From Candidatus Saccharibacteria bacterium UBA6175 (GTDB lineage Bacteria > Patescibacteriota > Saccharimonadia > Saccharimonadales > Saccharimonadaceae), in the NCBI GenBank assembly GCA_002422915.1, contig DITV01000004.1, forward strand, positions 104,261-168,260: DNA of 64,000 bases. The letters run 5' to 3'. A program made the translations under genes and the position numbers. The notes under the pieces were generated by a model that was not told where the DNA came from, did no database searches, and saw only the letters and a program-made list of their open reading frames with translations. Positions 10,391 through 19,900 of the stretch are shown here, piece after piece. Within the stretch, counting starts at the first letter, position 1, and each line of letters opens with the position of its first letter.

Positions 10391-10942
10391 TCACTTCTCA
10401 ACCACTTTTAGTGAGGGCCATCGTTTTTTCCATTCCTTCTTTTCGATACGCCCATAAAACGTCTTAAGACCTTGTTCGGTCTGGAAGTAACGAGTTGGCC
10501 GAGCCACGAGGTTAAAAAGGTCGTCAGTTCCATGACAAAAGATAAACTTCAGCCTTCGTTTATGCAGCTTCACGGCTACACAGGTCGCTGTTTCAACCCA
10601 GTGTGAAATACCGTCTTCGGTTGAGACGAATGGGTCAAGGTGACTATACTGGTGCATTCGAGCCTGATTACGTACTTCCCATTCAGCAAAAGGATACTCC
10701 TTCTTCATCTTCTCGTCATAGGCCCAGTCTGTTATGTCCTTTACGTCTTCGGCATCAAAATAAACAAGGTCGACGTCTCGGGAGGTCGAGTACTCATTAC
10801 CCTCAATTGCATCCCACACCTTGTTTCGTAGAAACCCAGCCCCGATCCACCAATCGGGTAAATCGAGGGCTTCTGCCGCCCTAAGCACATCCATCATCCA
10901 GCGGTCAGATTCAATGAGCTCGGTTATTTCGTCGACATTCAT
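10391..10942 (-). CDS. nucleotidyltransferase-family protein (NTP_transf_6/DUF925-like)
   Basis: 183 aa. WWIGAGFLRNKVWD and DVDLVYFD motifs as I recall them for this family. Confidence 0.55.
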   Translation of the reverse strand: MNVDEITELIESDRWMMDVLRAAEALDLPDWWIGAGFLRNKVWDAIEGNEYSTSRDVDLVYFDAEDVKDITDWAYDEKMKKEYPFAEWEVRNQARMHQYSHLDPFVSTEDGISHWVETATCVAVKLHKRRLKFIFCHGTDDLFNLVARPTRYFQTEQGLKTFYGRIEKKEWKKRWPSLKVVEK

Positions 10943-10992
10943 GACGATATTGTATCAGCATGCCTTCAATAGGGCGGTGTAATCACGAAACA

Positions 10993-11020
10993 AAAACTAC
11001 CTCAATCAAGAGGTAGTTTT
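10993..11020 (-). terminator. bidirectional intrinsic terminator downstream of tRNA-Arg
   Basis: Perfect 11-bp stem AAAACTACCTC/GAGGTAGTTTT with a 6-nt loop. T-rich tails follow on both strands. Confidence 0.6.
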
Positions 11021-11034
11021 AATCACTACAAATT

Positions 11035-11111
11035 TGGTACACCCGACAGGATTTGAACCTATGGCCTTCGGCTCCGCAAGCCGACGCTCTATCCAGCTGA
11101 GCTACGGGTGC
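11035..11111 (-). tRNA. tRNA-Arg (anticodon GCG), CCA encoded
   Basis: Hand-folded: GCACCCG acceptor (G1:U72), D arm GCTC/GAGC, anticodon stem TCGGC/GCCGA, loop TTGCGGA, T-loop TTCAAAT. Confidence 0.85.
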
Positions 11112-11232
11112 ATACATAGAACCCGTTGTCTTAAGAACAACGGGCACTATCTTTGTAACTAGAAGGTGCTTTCGACGCTAAGAACGAACGAACAAGAAAT
11201 AGTGTATCACGACAGGGGATAAAAGGCCACTG

Positions 11233-11817
11233 TTACAGGCGCAGTTTTCGCACCAATACGTCGATGATGTCGAGTTTGAGTTCTTGCATTGGCAGTCGCT
11301 GGCCTAAAATATCCACCACTTTTTCACCTACCTCTTCAGGGAAGTAGACTGACACACCTGGAGCAAATCGCTTCACCGGAATGAGCATGATCGAATGGTG
11401 CTCGGCATCACGAATCAAGCCAAAGGCGCGAAAGTCGTCAAGGTGATATAGCTTTTCGCCAACATAGAGGCCCTGCTTGCCGCTGAGCGCGTAGGTGAGA
11501 ATGCGAGGTGGTCGGCGAATATAGACCACCACCGCAACCGCCATGACGATCACGAGAAGCGAGAAAGTCCACGATTGCAGCACAAAGATGTCAAAGGCCA
11601 CAAACGCCAGCACCACGATGACAAACACCACATACCACCACCAATCCTTATCAAGGTGGACATATTCTTGAGCTGACCACGTCACGGTTTGAGTATCATC
11701 AGCGCCGTCGCGGTTATCTCGAGTGTCTTGCTCGATCTCTTCATCCTGACGAATTTCTTCAACCGGCGCTTCGGCGGCGCCGTCTTCTTGCCAGTAGTTT
11801 TGCTGGTCGTCTTTCAT
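11233..11817 (-). CDS. hypothetical membrane protein (acidic N-terminus, two TM helices, C-terminal globular domain)
   Basis: ORF with TM segments WWYVVFVIVVLAFVAFDIFVL and FSLLVIVMAVAVVVYI. ATG at 11817 is preferred to the track's TTG at 11862. Confidence 0.5.
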   Translation of the reverse strand: MKDDQQNYWQEDGAAEAPVEEIRQDEEIEQDTRDNRDGADDTQTVTWSAQEYVHLDKDWWWYVVFVIVVLAFVAFDIFVLQSWTFSLLVIVMAVAVVVYIRRPPRILTYALSGKQGLYVGEKLYHLDDFRAFGLIRDAEHHSIMLIPVKRFAPGVSVYFPEEVGEKVVDILGQRLPMQELKLDIIDVLVRKLRL

Positions 11818-11891
11818 TACTTTCAGTATACCATGAGCGTATCGGGGTGAATCAGCAAACAAAAAGCCGCCGAAAACGGCGACATCTTGCT

Positions 11892-11984
11892 TGGCGGAGG
11901 AGCGGAGATTCGAACTCCGGCTCCAGGTCTCCCCAGACTAATGATTTAGCAAACCATCCCCTTCAGCCACTTGGGTACTCCTCC
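11892..11984 (-). tRNA. tRNA-Ser (anticodon GCT), CCA encoded
   Basis: Hand-folded: acceptor GGAGGAG/CTCCTCC, anticodon stem ATGGT/ATCAT, loop TTGCTAA, long variable arm, T-loop GTTCGAATC. Confidence 0.9.
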
Positions 11985-12087
11985 GTGCAATGTGATAGAT
12001 TGTAGCATAAAACAGAGGTTGCGACTAGCGTTCTCGGCCACCATTTGCTATAATGTTGTCATAATTGTGTAATATATAAGGAAGTTT

Positions 12088-12426
12088 GTGCACACATCAC
12101 TCCAACTTTTCGGGCTCACCCTCATGGAAGGCGTTAACGCCGCTCAAGGGACTGGCACCCCCACCGATCTCTTCGGTGACGCCGGCATCTTCACGACTAT
12201 CGTGAATGTACTCTTGTTCATCGTCGGCGCACTTGCCGTCATTATGATCATCATCGGTGGTCTGCGCTACGCCATCTCGGCAGGGGATGCAAAGGCGGTG
12301 AGCGCTGCGAAGAACACGATTTTGTACGCTATTGTTGGCCTTATTGTTGCGTTCTTGGCCTTTGCGGCAGTCAACTTCGTCCTTGGATCGCTGGTTGGCG
12401 GTGGCACCGCTGGCACCACCGTCTAA
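12088..12426 (+). CDS. VirB2/TrbC-like pilin paralog P1 (no signal peptide)
   Basis: About 75% identical over the core to P2 (GTPTDLFGD..IFT.IVNVLLFI.GA..VIM.IIGG.RY..SAGD...AAKNTILYAI.GL.VAFLAFA). GTG start after AAGGAAG. An in-frame TAA at 12070-12072 precludes a longer N-terminus. Confidence 0.65.
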   Translation: MHTSLQLFGLTLMEGVNAAQGTGTPTDLFGDAGIFTTIVNVLLFIVGALAVIMIIIGGLRYAISAGDAKAVSAAKNTILYAIVGLIVAFLAFAAVNFVLGSLVGGGTAGTTV

Positions 12427-12441
12427 TTGCCCTCGAAAAAC

Positions 12442-12467
12442 AAAAGAGATCCGAAAGGATCTTTTTT
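12442..12467 (+). terminator. intrinsic terminator after P1 (also lies downstream of tRNA-Ser(TGA) on the other strand)
   Basis: Stem AAAAGAGATCC/GGATCTTTTTT with a GAAA loop, running into a T-tract. Confidence 0.65.
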
Positions 12468-12470
12468 GTT

Positions 12471-12558
12471 TGGCGGAGAGGGAGAGATTCGAACTCTCGG
12501 TGAGTCTCCCCACGACGGTTTTCAAGACCGTTACCATAAACCACTCGGTCACCTCTCC
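12471..12558 (-). tRNA. tRNA-Ser (anticodon TGA), CCA encoded
   Basis: Hand-folded: acceptor GGAGAGG/CCTCTCC, anticodon stem ACGGT/ACCGT, loop CTTGAAA, long variable arm, T-loop GTTCGAATC. Confidence 0.9.
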
Positions 12559-12564
12559 GTACAA

Positions 12565-13275
12565 CTACGTTATTTTAACAGATTGAGTCTGTTTGGTCGA
12601 GAACTTTTGACGAGCGACGCACACCGCCCAGATCGTTTTCGCCCCAGCCTCGCGAAGACTGCGAGCCGCCTCATACATACTTGTGCCCGTCGTGACGATA
12701 TCATCAACAAGAATATAGGTACGAGTGGGGTCAATGGGGCCCTTCACCCAGAACGCTCCGTGCACCTGCACCGCCCGAATACGGCGCGATGCACCTTTCT
12801 GGACAAAGTGACGGGTTCGCCTTAATACCGATTGTCTGAGCAGACCCGTTTGTCGAGACAGGTGATAGGCCAGGCTGTCGGTGTGATCCAGGCCTCGCAT
12901 CCGGACATGGCGACGCGAGGTTGGGAGCGGCACCAGCACTGCACCTGATGGAAAGGTGAATGCCAACGCTAGCATGTCCGCCGCAACCAACACTACCTCA
13001 CGTTGCGCCAGTAACTTTGGGCCATCAACCAGACGCCGGAGCACGCCCTTTCGATCTCCCAGCCAGTAAAATACGTCGACTATTCCGGCATGTTTCGAGC
13101 AAAGCCCGACCCCAGAAAGGCGCTCACACCATAAGCAATGTGCCGGTTTACAGCTAACGATGTATTTCTTACATTCATCACACAAAAGTGCCCCAATTGC
13201 CCCGCAAGAGATACAGGGGTGGGGAGCAAGCCACGAAAGGAGGCCATCAAGCATTGTGTTTTTTACGTTTTGCAT
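12565..13275 (-). CDS. comFC: ComF-family protein (ComFC, phosphoribosyltransferase fold)
   Basis: N-terminal zinc-finger cysteines CISCG...CDEC...C..C and the PRTase motif ILVDDIVTTGTS. Confidence 0.8.
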   Translation of the reverse strand: MQNVKNTMLDGLLSWLAPHPCISCGAIGALLCDECKKYIVSCKPAHCLWCERLSGVGLCSKHAGIVDVFYWLGDRKGVLRRLVDGPKLLAQREVVLVAADMLALAFTFPSGAVLVPLPTSRRHVRMRGLDHTDSLAYHLSRQTGLLRQSVLRRTRHFVQKGASRRIRAVQVHGAFWVKGPIDPTRTYILVDDIVTTGTSMYEAARSLREAGAKTIWAVCVARQKFSTKQTQSVKIT

Positions 13276-13285
13276 AAGTATTTAG

Positions 13286-13314
13286 TTGATTATGAAGCAG
13301 GTGCTCGTTATAAT
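13286..13314 (+). promoter_or_regulatory. sigma70-like promoter of hsp20
   Basis: TTGATT (13286-13291), a 17-nt spacer, then a perfect TATAAT (13309-13314). It lies about 47 nt upstream of the ATG at 13361. Confidence 0.55.
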
Positions 13315-13360
13315 ACGAAAGACTATTTGTCAAATGAGCCTAGAGAAAGTGGAGGATATC

Positions 13361-13825
13361 ATGGCCCGCAAACAAAACGAAGACCTATTAATTGAAGATG
13401 AGCTCGCAGCCGCTTTTTTGAGCGACGACGATCTTTCATCAGCTGATGTACCATCATCAGTAGCGACCGACGACAGCTGGGACGACAGTGAAGAAGAATT
13501 TCCTGGTCAACTTGCTGTTGACGTCTACGAAACCAATGAGAAGCTCATTGTCAAAGCCCGTACGGCTGGCGTGAACAAAGAAGACCTTGATGTCAGCATT
13601 AGCGACGGCATCTTGACGATCAGCGGCACCCTGAGTAGCGGTGACGACAGCGATGCAGTCAACTGGCACATTCAAGAATGCTACTGGGGCGAGTTTAGCC
13701 GCACCCTTGCACTGCCTGTCAGCGTGAAGGAAGACGAAGTAGAAGCAGTCCTCAAAGATGGCGTACTTACCGTCGCTTTCTCAAAGATCAAGCAAGAACA
13801 AGCTAAGAAGATCCAAATTCAGTAA
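13361..13825 (+). CDS. Hsp20/alpha-crystallin small heat-shock protein
   Basis: Alpha-crystallin core LAVDVYETNEKLIVKARTAGVNKEDLDVSISDGILTISG...LKDGVLTVAF. ATG at 13361 follows GGAGG. The track start at 13286 falls inside the -35 box. Confidence 0.9.
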   Translation: MARKQNEDLLIEDELAAAFLSDDDLSSADVPSSVATDDSWDDSEEEFPGQLAVDVYETNEKLIVKARTAGVNKEDLDVSISDGILTISGTLSSGDDSDAVNWHIQECYWGEFSRTLALPVSVKEDEVEAVLKDGVLTVAFSKIKQEQAKKIQIQ

Positions 13826-13842
13826 GACTGAAAGAACCAACT

Positions 13843-13871
13843 AAAATAAGCTCCTACTCGGAGCTTATTTT
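13843..13871. terminator. bidirectional intrinsic terminator between hsp20 and pilin P2
   Basis: Perfect 12-bp stem AAAATAAGCTCC/GGAGCTTATTTT with a 5-nt loop. Confidence 0.7.
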
Positions 13872-13894
13872 ATGTGACAAAGATTAACTACTTA

Positions 13895-14308
13895 CTATAC
13901 GGCTGGCGTAATCGCGCCGAGTACCCAGTTCACGACTGCGAAGGCCAGGAAGGCAACGACAAGACCGATAATCGCGTAAAGAATGGTGTTCTTTGCAGCA
14001 GTCACGCTGTTTCCATCACCAGCAGAGACGGTGTAACGGATACCACCAATGATGAGCATGATGACGCTAATTGCACCAATGATGAAAAGGAGCACGTTCA
14101 CAATAATAGTGAAGATTGATCCATCACCAAAGAGCTGTGTTGGCGTTCCTTCACCTTTTGCACAGTTCACGCCGTTACCAAGCGAAAGTTCGCCCGGCTC
14201 ACATTGTGCTGATACGTTTGCAGCGGGCAACGGGCTGAGCACAGCCACAAATGCCAAGGCAAGTCCTAGAAATAGGCTGCCGAAGGTTGTTTTTGTTAGT
14301 TTTTTCAT
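13895..14308 (-). CDS. VirB2/TrbC-like pilin paralog P2 (with signal peptide)
   Basis: 137 aa. Signal peptide MKKLTKTTFGSLFLGLALAFVAVL, followed by two hydrophobic helices flanking RYTVSAGDGNSVTAAKN. Confidence 0.7.
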   Translation of the reverse strand: MKKLTKTTFGSLFLGLALAFVAVLSPLPAANVSAQCEPGELSLGNGVNCAKGEGTPTQLFGDGSIFTIIVNVLLFIIGAISVIMLIIGGIRYTVSAGDGNSVTAAKNTILYAIIGLVVAFLAFAVVNWVLGAITPAV

Positions 14309-14354
14309 TGAGTTCGTTCCTTTCTAAAGTAGAATCTCTGTTTTGTCTGTTTAT

Positions 14355-14383
14355 GTTATAGCAGATATGGGGCGATTTGTTAA
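14355..14383 (-). promoter_or_regulatory. sigma70-like promoter of pilin P2
   Basis: On the minus strand: TTAACA (14383-14378), a 17-nt spacer, then TATAAC (14360-14355). Confidence 0.4.
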
Positions 14384-14395
14384 GAGCTGGTTCTC

Positions 14396-14773
14396 TTAGA
14401 AGAGGTCTAGCACCCAGTTAATGATTGCGTAGGACGCAAAGGCTACTACCAGCCCGATCACCGCGTAGAGAATCGTGTTCTTTGCTCCCGTTACTGCGTT
14501 ACCGTCACCGGCAGAGACGGTGTAGCGAATCCCGCCAACGATAATCATAATCACCGATATGATTCCCACAATAAAGAGCAGGGTGTTCACCACCAGCGCG
14601 ATAATGTCTTCAACACTCCCGCCGGTTCCGCTATTACACAGTGCAGAGCCTGGGTCGGCAGCACACGCCTCATCAAGCGCATCTTGCGCCAAGACCTCGG
14701 GGCTACTTACAAAAAGGGTCAACCCCAACACCAGCATCGCTACCACTAGAACCGTTCGTATCATTTTCTTCAT
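14396..14773 (-). CDS. VirB2/TrbC-like pilin paralog P3
   Basis: Signal peptide MKKMIRTVLVVAMLVLGLTLFV plus the core LLFIVGIISVIMIIVGGIRYTVSAGDGNAVTGAKNTILYAVIGLVVAF. ATG at 14773 is preferred to 14836. Confidence 0.7.
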   Translation of the reverse strand: MKKMIRTVLVVAMLVLGLTLFVSSPEVLAQDALDEACAADPGSALCNSGTGGSVEDIIALVVNTLLFIVGIISVIMIIVGGIRYTVSAGDGNAVTGAKNTILYAVIGLVVAFASYAIINWVLDLF

Positions 14774-14774
14774 A

Positions 14775-15071
14775 TTAAAACCTTCCTCTAATAAATGATG
14801 TAATCGCGAATGCCGACAGCACGACCACCAGGCCAATCACCGCAAACAAAATCTGATTCTTCGCCTTTGCGATCTTTCCAGCGTCGCCAGCAGAAGTAGC
14901 GTAAGAGAGTCCGGCAATAATAATCACGATCACCGCAATGACGCCCGCCAAAAAATAGGTAATATCGAGTGCATTTGCCAGCAGCTCGTTGCCGCCAATA
15001 GTGGGAATGTCTACCTGTCCTTCGCCGTCGCCAGGAGTTAATTTTTGCGCCACATTTCGTAAGAAGTCCAT
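14775..15071 (-). CDS. VirB2/TrbC-like pilin paralog P4 (no signal peptide)
   Basis: 98 aa with the core FLAGVIAVIVIIIAGLSYATSAGDAGKIAKAKNQILFAVIGLVVVL. It abuts P3 and P5. Confidence 0.6.
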   Translation of the reverse strand: MDFLRNVAQKLTPGDGEGQVDIPTIGGNELLANALDITYFLAGVIAVIVIIIAGLSYATSAGDAGKIAKAKNQILFAVIGLVVVLSAFAITSFIRGRF

Positions 15072-15073
15072 AG

Positions 15074-15511
15074 TTACTCCAGCAATCCAAAGATTAAGTT
15101 AAGAATTCCAACCGCACCCAGCGCAATTGCCAATCCAATTACTGCGTTTAGTATCGTCATCCGGCCTTTTTCAACCATCGAAGGGTTGAATCCGTTCGTC
15201 AGGAATATGAAGCCACCATATAATATGAATCCGATCGCCACATAGCCGGCAATCACCACGCCAATCTCAATAATATTAAGGGCGAGTTTGGTGATAAAGG
15301 CTCCAAGGCCACCAGCTTCAGTAGGGTTGACGATGGTGCACGATTCTCCTTCAAGCTTGGTGAGGCCTCGATACCACGGTGGAACACCTATCAAACGACC
15401 GTCACATTCGGCTACGGCCGAAACGGGGGCAGGAGAGGCAACAACCATCATCGGGCCGGCGACACCAATCGCAAATATAAATGATGCTAAAAGATATCGA
15501 AGCGTCTTCAT
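15074..15511 (-). CDS. divergent VirB2/TrbC-like pilin paralog P5
   Basis: 145 aa. Signal peptide, Cys pair, two hydrophobic helices around LTNGFNPSMVEKGRMTILNAVIGL. Confidence 0.55.
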   Translation of the reverse strand: MKTLRYLLASFIFAIGVAGPMMVVASPAPVSAVAECDGRLIGVPPWYRGLTKLEGESCTIVNPTEAGGLGAFITKLALNIIEIGVVIAGYVAIGFILYGGFIFLTNGFNPSMVEKGRMTILNAVIGLAIALGAVGILNLIFGLLE

Positions 15512-15906
15512 TAGTTAAATACTCCTCCTGGCACCAAGAAGTTGAGGCCAACATACATTAATCCATAGGCAATAATACCGATAACGACGTTTGTGATGAT
15601 CCCCATAGCCTTCTTTGTCTGTTCGGCATTGCCACCTGCAGAGGTGTAGAGAATAGAACCGTAGACGATGCCGCCAAGTGCCGCGACAGCGACAAGGCCG
15701 GTGAGGATATTAATTGCGAGAATAAGAACGCCCCAGATGCCTGTTTCTTCAATACCACCAGTACCGTCTTGGTCGCAGGCAATAATTGCCGTATCTACTC
15801 CACCACAACGCTCCTGAGCAAGCAACGTTGGTCCCGTCATAACGATAAGTGCTAGGACAAGGGCAACTCCTATCATGATTCGGCTCACTGTTTGTTTTAT
15901 GTTCAT
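15511..15906 (-). CDS. divergent VirB2/TrbC-like pilin paralog P6
   Basis: Signal peptide MNIKQTVSRIMIGVALVLALIV plus two hydrophobic helices around YTSAGGNAEQTKKAMGIITNVVIGI. ATG at 15906 is preferred to 15945. Confidence 0.55.
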   Translation of the reverse strand: MNIKQTVSRIMIGVALVLALIVMTGPTLLAQERCGGVDTAIIACDQDGTGGIEETGIWGVLILAINILTGLVAVAALGGIVYGSILYTSAGGNAEQTKKAMGIITNVVIGIIAYGLMYVGLNFLVPGGVFN

Positions 15907-16078
15907 AGCTGTTAATAAGATACGACTTGGCGAGGATAAATGCAAGTTTTATGGCATAAGCTATTTACATTTTTGCTTATTTATGCTATATTAACCTTCA
16001 AAGATATGTCATAAATATCTCCATAAGCCCAAGCCGATACCATTATTTATCGCCAAGCGCGAGAGGAAAGCCCCCTAG

Positions 16079-16855
16079 ATGGATAAGTCAACAACAAGTT
16101 CAAGAAGCATGTCGGGTCTCGAAAAAATTCGAAGTGCAATGGAAAGCAAAGCCGTTCGTATTGGTGCCGCAACAAGTATTGCAATCGGCTCATTGAGTCT
16201 GGCTGCGTGCGCAGAGTCTGAACCTAGAGTTGTTGAACCTACTCCTAGCTCAGAAGTGAGCCAACCGAATCCAGAAACTACCCAACCCTCAAGGGAATCA
16301 GCGTTTAGTGGTATTCCAAGCGTTGAAGAGCTGGAGATCAGTTCAGAACTAAGTCCAGAACAGGTTGGAGAGGAGGTAGTCAACCTTTTGTCAGACTGGG
16401 TTAGCGCAGGTGCGAACATAGAAAACGTAGATCTTCGGTACGAAGGAGATAATCCCGAGCTAACACAAGATGAGTTTGTTCAAAAAATCGTAGATAGTGC
16501 TGCTCCAGTTTTTGCAGAAGCACTGTATGGACAAGACTGGCAGAACCCAGTTTTTTCAGAGAACATCGCCTCTTTGAAAAGAATACACTTCTCGTCTGTT
16601 ATGCTGTATTTTTCTACTCAATCTTCAGACCTTCCGTCGCCATACCAGCGCGAGGAGTCTCTCGTTGGAGTTGAGGATGTAACGAAGAGTGAAGAAAACC
16701 TTCTAATGACCTTGCTCGTCGATTATTCGGACAACTCCCAAGAGCTGGGCCTGGATACAACGGTTTCGGGCTTAAAAGAGTCGATACAAGTAAGCTTTGG
16801 TGAATTAAACGGGCGCCTCGTACTTACAGAGCCTTTTGTAGTGCAGAGCAGGTAG
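16079..16855 (+). CDS. hypothetical lipoprotein at the head of the T4SS-like operon
   Basis: Lipobox LSLAAC after a signal-like segment. The mature part is acidic and Ser/Glu-rich. Confidence 0.55.
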   Translation: MDKSTTSSRSMSGLEKIRSAMESKAVRIGAATSIAIGSLSLAACAESEPRVVEPTPSSEVSQPNPETTQPSRESAFSGIPSVEELEISSELSPEQVGEEVVNLLSDWVSAGANIENVDLRYEGDNPELTQDEFVQKIVDSAAPVFAEALYGQDWQNPVFSENIASLKRIHFSSVMLYFSTQSSDLPSPYQREESLVGVEDVTKSEENLLMTLLVDYSDNSQELGLDTTVSGLKESIQVSFGELNGRLVLTEPFVVQSR

Positions 16856-16904
16856 CCTGTTAGAAATTGTTAGCAAGATAAAATAATGCTATGATACCCC
16901 TAAG

Positions 16905-19900
16905 ATGTTTATGCTTAGGGGTATTAAATTTAGGGGTTTAAGCGTATTTTCGTTTCGACTCTCAATTCTTGCGATTTTAGCTGTGTCCCTACTTGCGTCG
17001 ATGTTACTGCCAGCCGCAGCCGTCACGGCAAACATAAACCAAGCAACGCCTGAGGTTGAGGCGAGGTCTACGTCTTACTACAGAAGCCTGTCTCGTTGTG
17101 TAAGCGACCATATGTACGGAGATATCCAGCTCACCGCCGCAGACAATGGCAGGGCACTAACAAAGACTTGGTTTGACGGAAGGCGTGACTTTGGATATGT
17201 CTACCCAGATGGCAAAATGACCTGTAGTAATATCGCAACACTTGCCTTAGCCTACTGGGGCTGGGGGAGTAAGTATGACGAGTTCCTTGAGGATATTGGT
17301 TATACATATAATCCTAGCTCCGCCCGCTGGTCGGGCACCGCCAATGGTGCCGAACGCCTAGCTGCGTTCGAAAGTGCCGTTCAAAGAAAGTTCTATGGAA
17401 TCAACTTCTCTGGATACCCAACCCAGTCGGGCCAGGCCGTCTATACGATGTATCTTAATGCTTTCAATAGGGCATGTACCGCTCAAAGCCTTGGAAAGAT
17501 AAGTGAGCTTACAAATAGCAGCTACAAAACATGGATAGGCCAGGCAACAGAAGAAAGAGGTTTTGCCGTCGGTAAAGATGCGGCGGCCATTGATGCCTTC
17601 AGTTCGTTTCGATCGAACAGCGGTGCCGGTATAGACGTTTACTTCACGAAAATTAACGTTGTTGAAAAAAACGCGGAGGGAAAGTACGCAAGTACACCAT
17701 ACGGCTACGCATACGTAAACCTTGCAGCGTCGTCTAACCTATGGAACGACGACGGGTCAACGCCGTCAAACGGAGATGTGCGGGTACAAGGTTTTCATAA
17801 TAATGCGGTCGTGAGAAGTTGCCATGAAATTCAGAAAATTATCAACGATAACAGTGCAGATTTTCTTCGATGGGCAGAGTCGAAGGCACCTGCCGACTAT
17901 GATATTCCGGCTCTTTCACTTGGAGAAGATACCGCCGAAACCCCAGGATCTAGCGACGGAGAAACATCCTGTGCAGTTGGCGGCATCGGCTGGATTGTTT
18001 GCCCGGTCATCAACTTTATGGCGGGGGCGGGTGATGCTGCTTTTGCTGTTCTTTCGGACAACTTCCTTCAGACAAACACATCGATCGTAGAGTCGAGTGA
18101 GGATAATGGCGCTTACATTGCATGGGGTATTATTAGAAACGTTGCAAACGTAGCATTTGTTCTTGTGTTCCTCATCATTATATTCTCACAGCTCACCGGC
18201 ACTGGCATCGCAAATTACGGAGTGAAGAAAATGCTTCCCCGTCTAGTTGTTGGTGCCATTCTAGTGAACCTTTCCTTCCTAGCCTCACAAATCGCGGTTG
18301 ACCTCTCAAACTTAGCTGGGTATGGCATCCGTGACGTATTCGATGGAATCGCAGAACAGGTGAACGAAAACTTCATTAAAGACGATCCGATTGGATCGGC
18401 GACGGGTGACAGCTTGCTTGGTGTGTTTGGCGGTATCCTTGCGGCTGGCACGATTGCAGCGGCAGGCTACTTCTTGATTGTCAGCGGTGGGTCGCTACTT
18501 CTTGCGGCACTACTGGCGTTAATCGTTACACTACTTATTCTCATACTGCGCGAGGTGGTAATTATCATTGCCATTGTCATAGCGCCGCTCGCTTTCGTTG
18601 CGTGGATCCTCCCAAACACCGAGGGCTTATTCAAGAAATGGGTGTCTATCTTCACCGCTATGCTCATACTGTTTCCAGCTATCGCTCTCATTTATGGTGG
18701 GGCGACACTTGCATCGGCCATCCTTGGGAGAGTCTCTTGGGAGGAGGGTGATTTAATCGGACAAATTATCGCCGCCCTCGTTCCAGCTCTAGCACTTTTC
18801 TTGGCGATACCTGTTGTCCAGGGAAGTCTCAAGGCCGTTCCGATGCTTGGTAAGCTCGCAAGCAGCGCAACCAATGCCGCAAACAAGGGTGTTGCAAAAA
18901 GGGCGAGAGAATCCTATCAGGGTAGTATCGTCGGACGCGGCCGAGCAATTCGTAAACAACAGAGGCTTGTTGACCAAGATAGAAACTTTGCTAAGGGTCT
19001 TGAGGGTGACGGACGAATGGCTAAGCTGCGCCGAGCGGCAGCTGGTGGTTTGTCGACCCTTGGCATAACGAAAAGCCAAAAATCTCAGCGTGAAGCAATT
19101 GGTCGTGCCGCAAGAGGTGCTGCAGCAAAAGCTCAAAGCGAAGCAGTTAAGCAAGAGATGGTTGAACTCGAGTCTAAGCTCGGTCGCAACCCTGAGACAA
19201 TTCGAAAGCATATAGCCGATAAACACCGCGACATGAGTGACACGCAGATGGAAGCAGCGAGTGATTTAATGCTAGCCGCTGGTGGAGTACATGAATATCG
19301 TCAAACCGTGAGCGACCCGTCCATCATGTCAAGACACGCAAGAAGCTTGGTAGAGTCGGGACGACGAAATGAAGGTGAAGTCAGGAAGAAGGCCGTCGAT
19401 GTTGCAAACTGGCTTGGGACTGGTGAGGCTGCAATGCAAACGAATGGATATTCTCATACTCAAGCAGCGCCCGCTAAAGAGGGTGAAACACCGAAGAGCT
19501 TTATCAGTGCGGCTTACGGCACGGCCGAAGCAGCAAAACTTATCACAATGGACCCAGGCACAGCGGAACTTGCAGAAGAACATATTAGTCCCGAGGCAGC
19601 CAAAATGGCACTTAGGTCAGAGTCTGCAATAGATATTAAAGACGGCACAAAGAAAGTTCTTGAACGACGCGCAGCTCTTGCAGGGACGCCCGAAGAAGCT
19701 AGCTCAAAAGATAGTGAGCCCGAGACTGTCATAGACCTAAGCGCGTCTACCGGCGACTCACCATCAGGACCAGCTACAGCGGCAACCCCGATAACAAGTA
19801 GCTCGGCAACGAGCCGTCGGGCGAGCAGTGGCGGAACGGTGACACCAACAACAACTCCTGTAACGACAGTGACAACAAAAGCAAGTGGTGGAAAAAGGGC

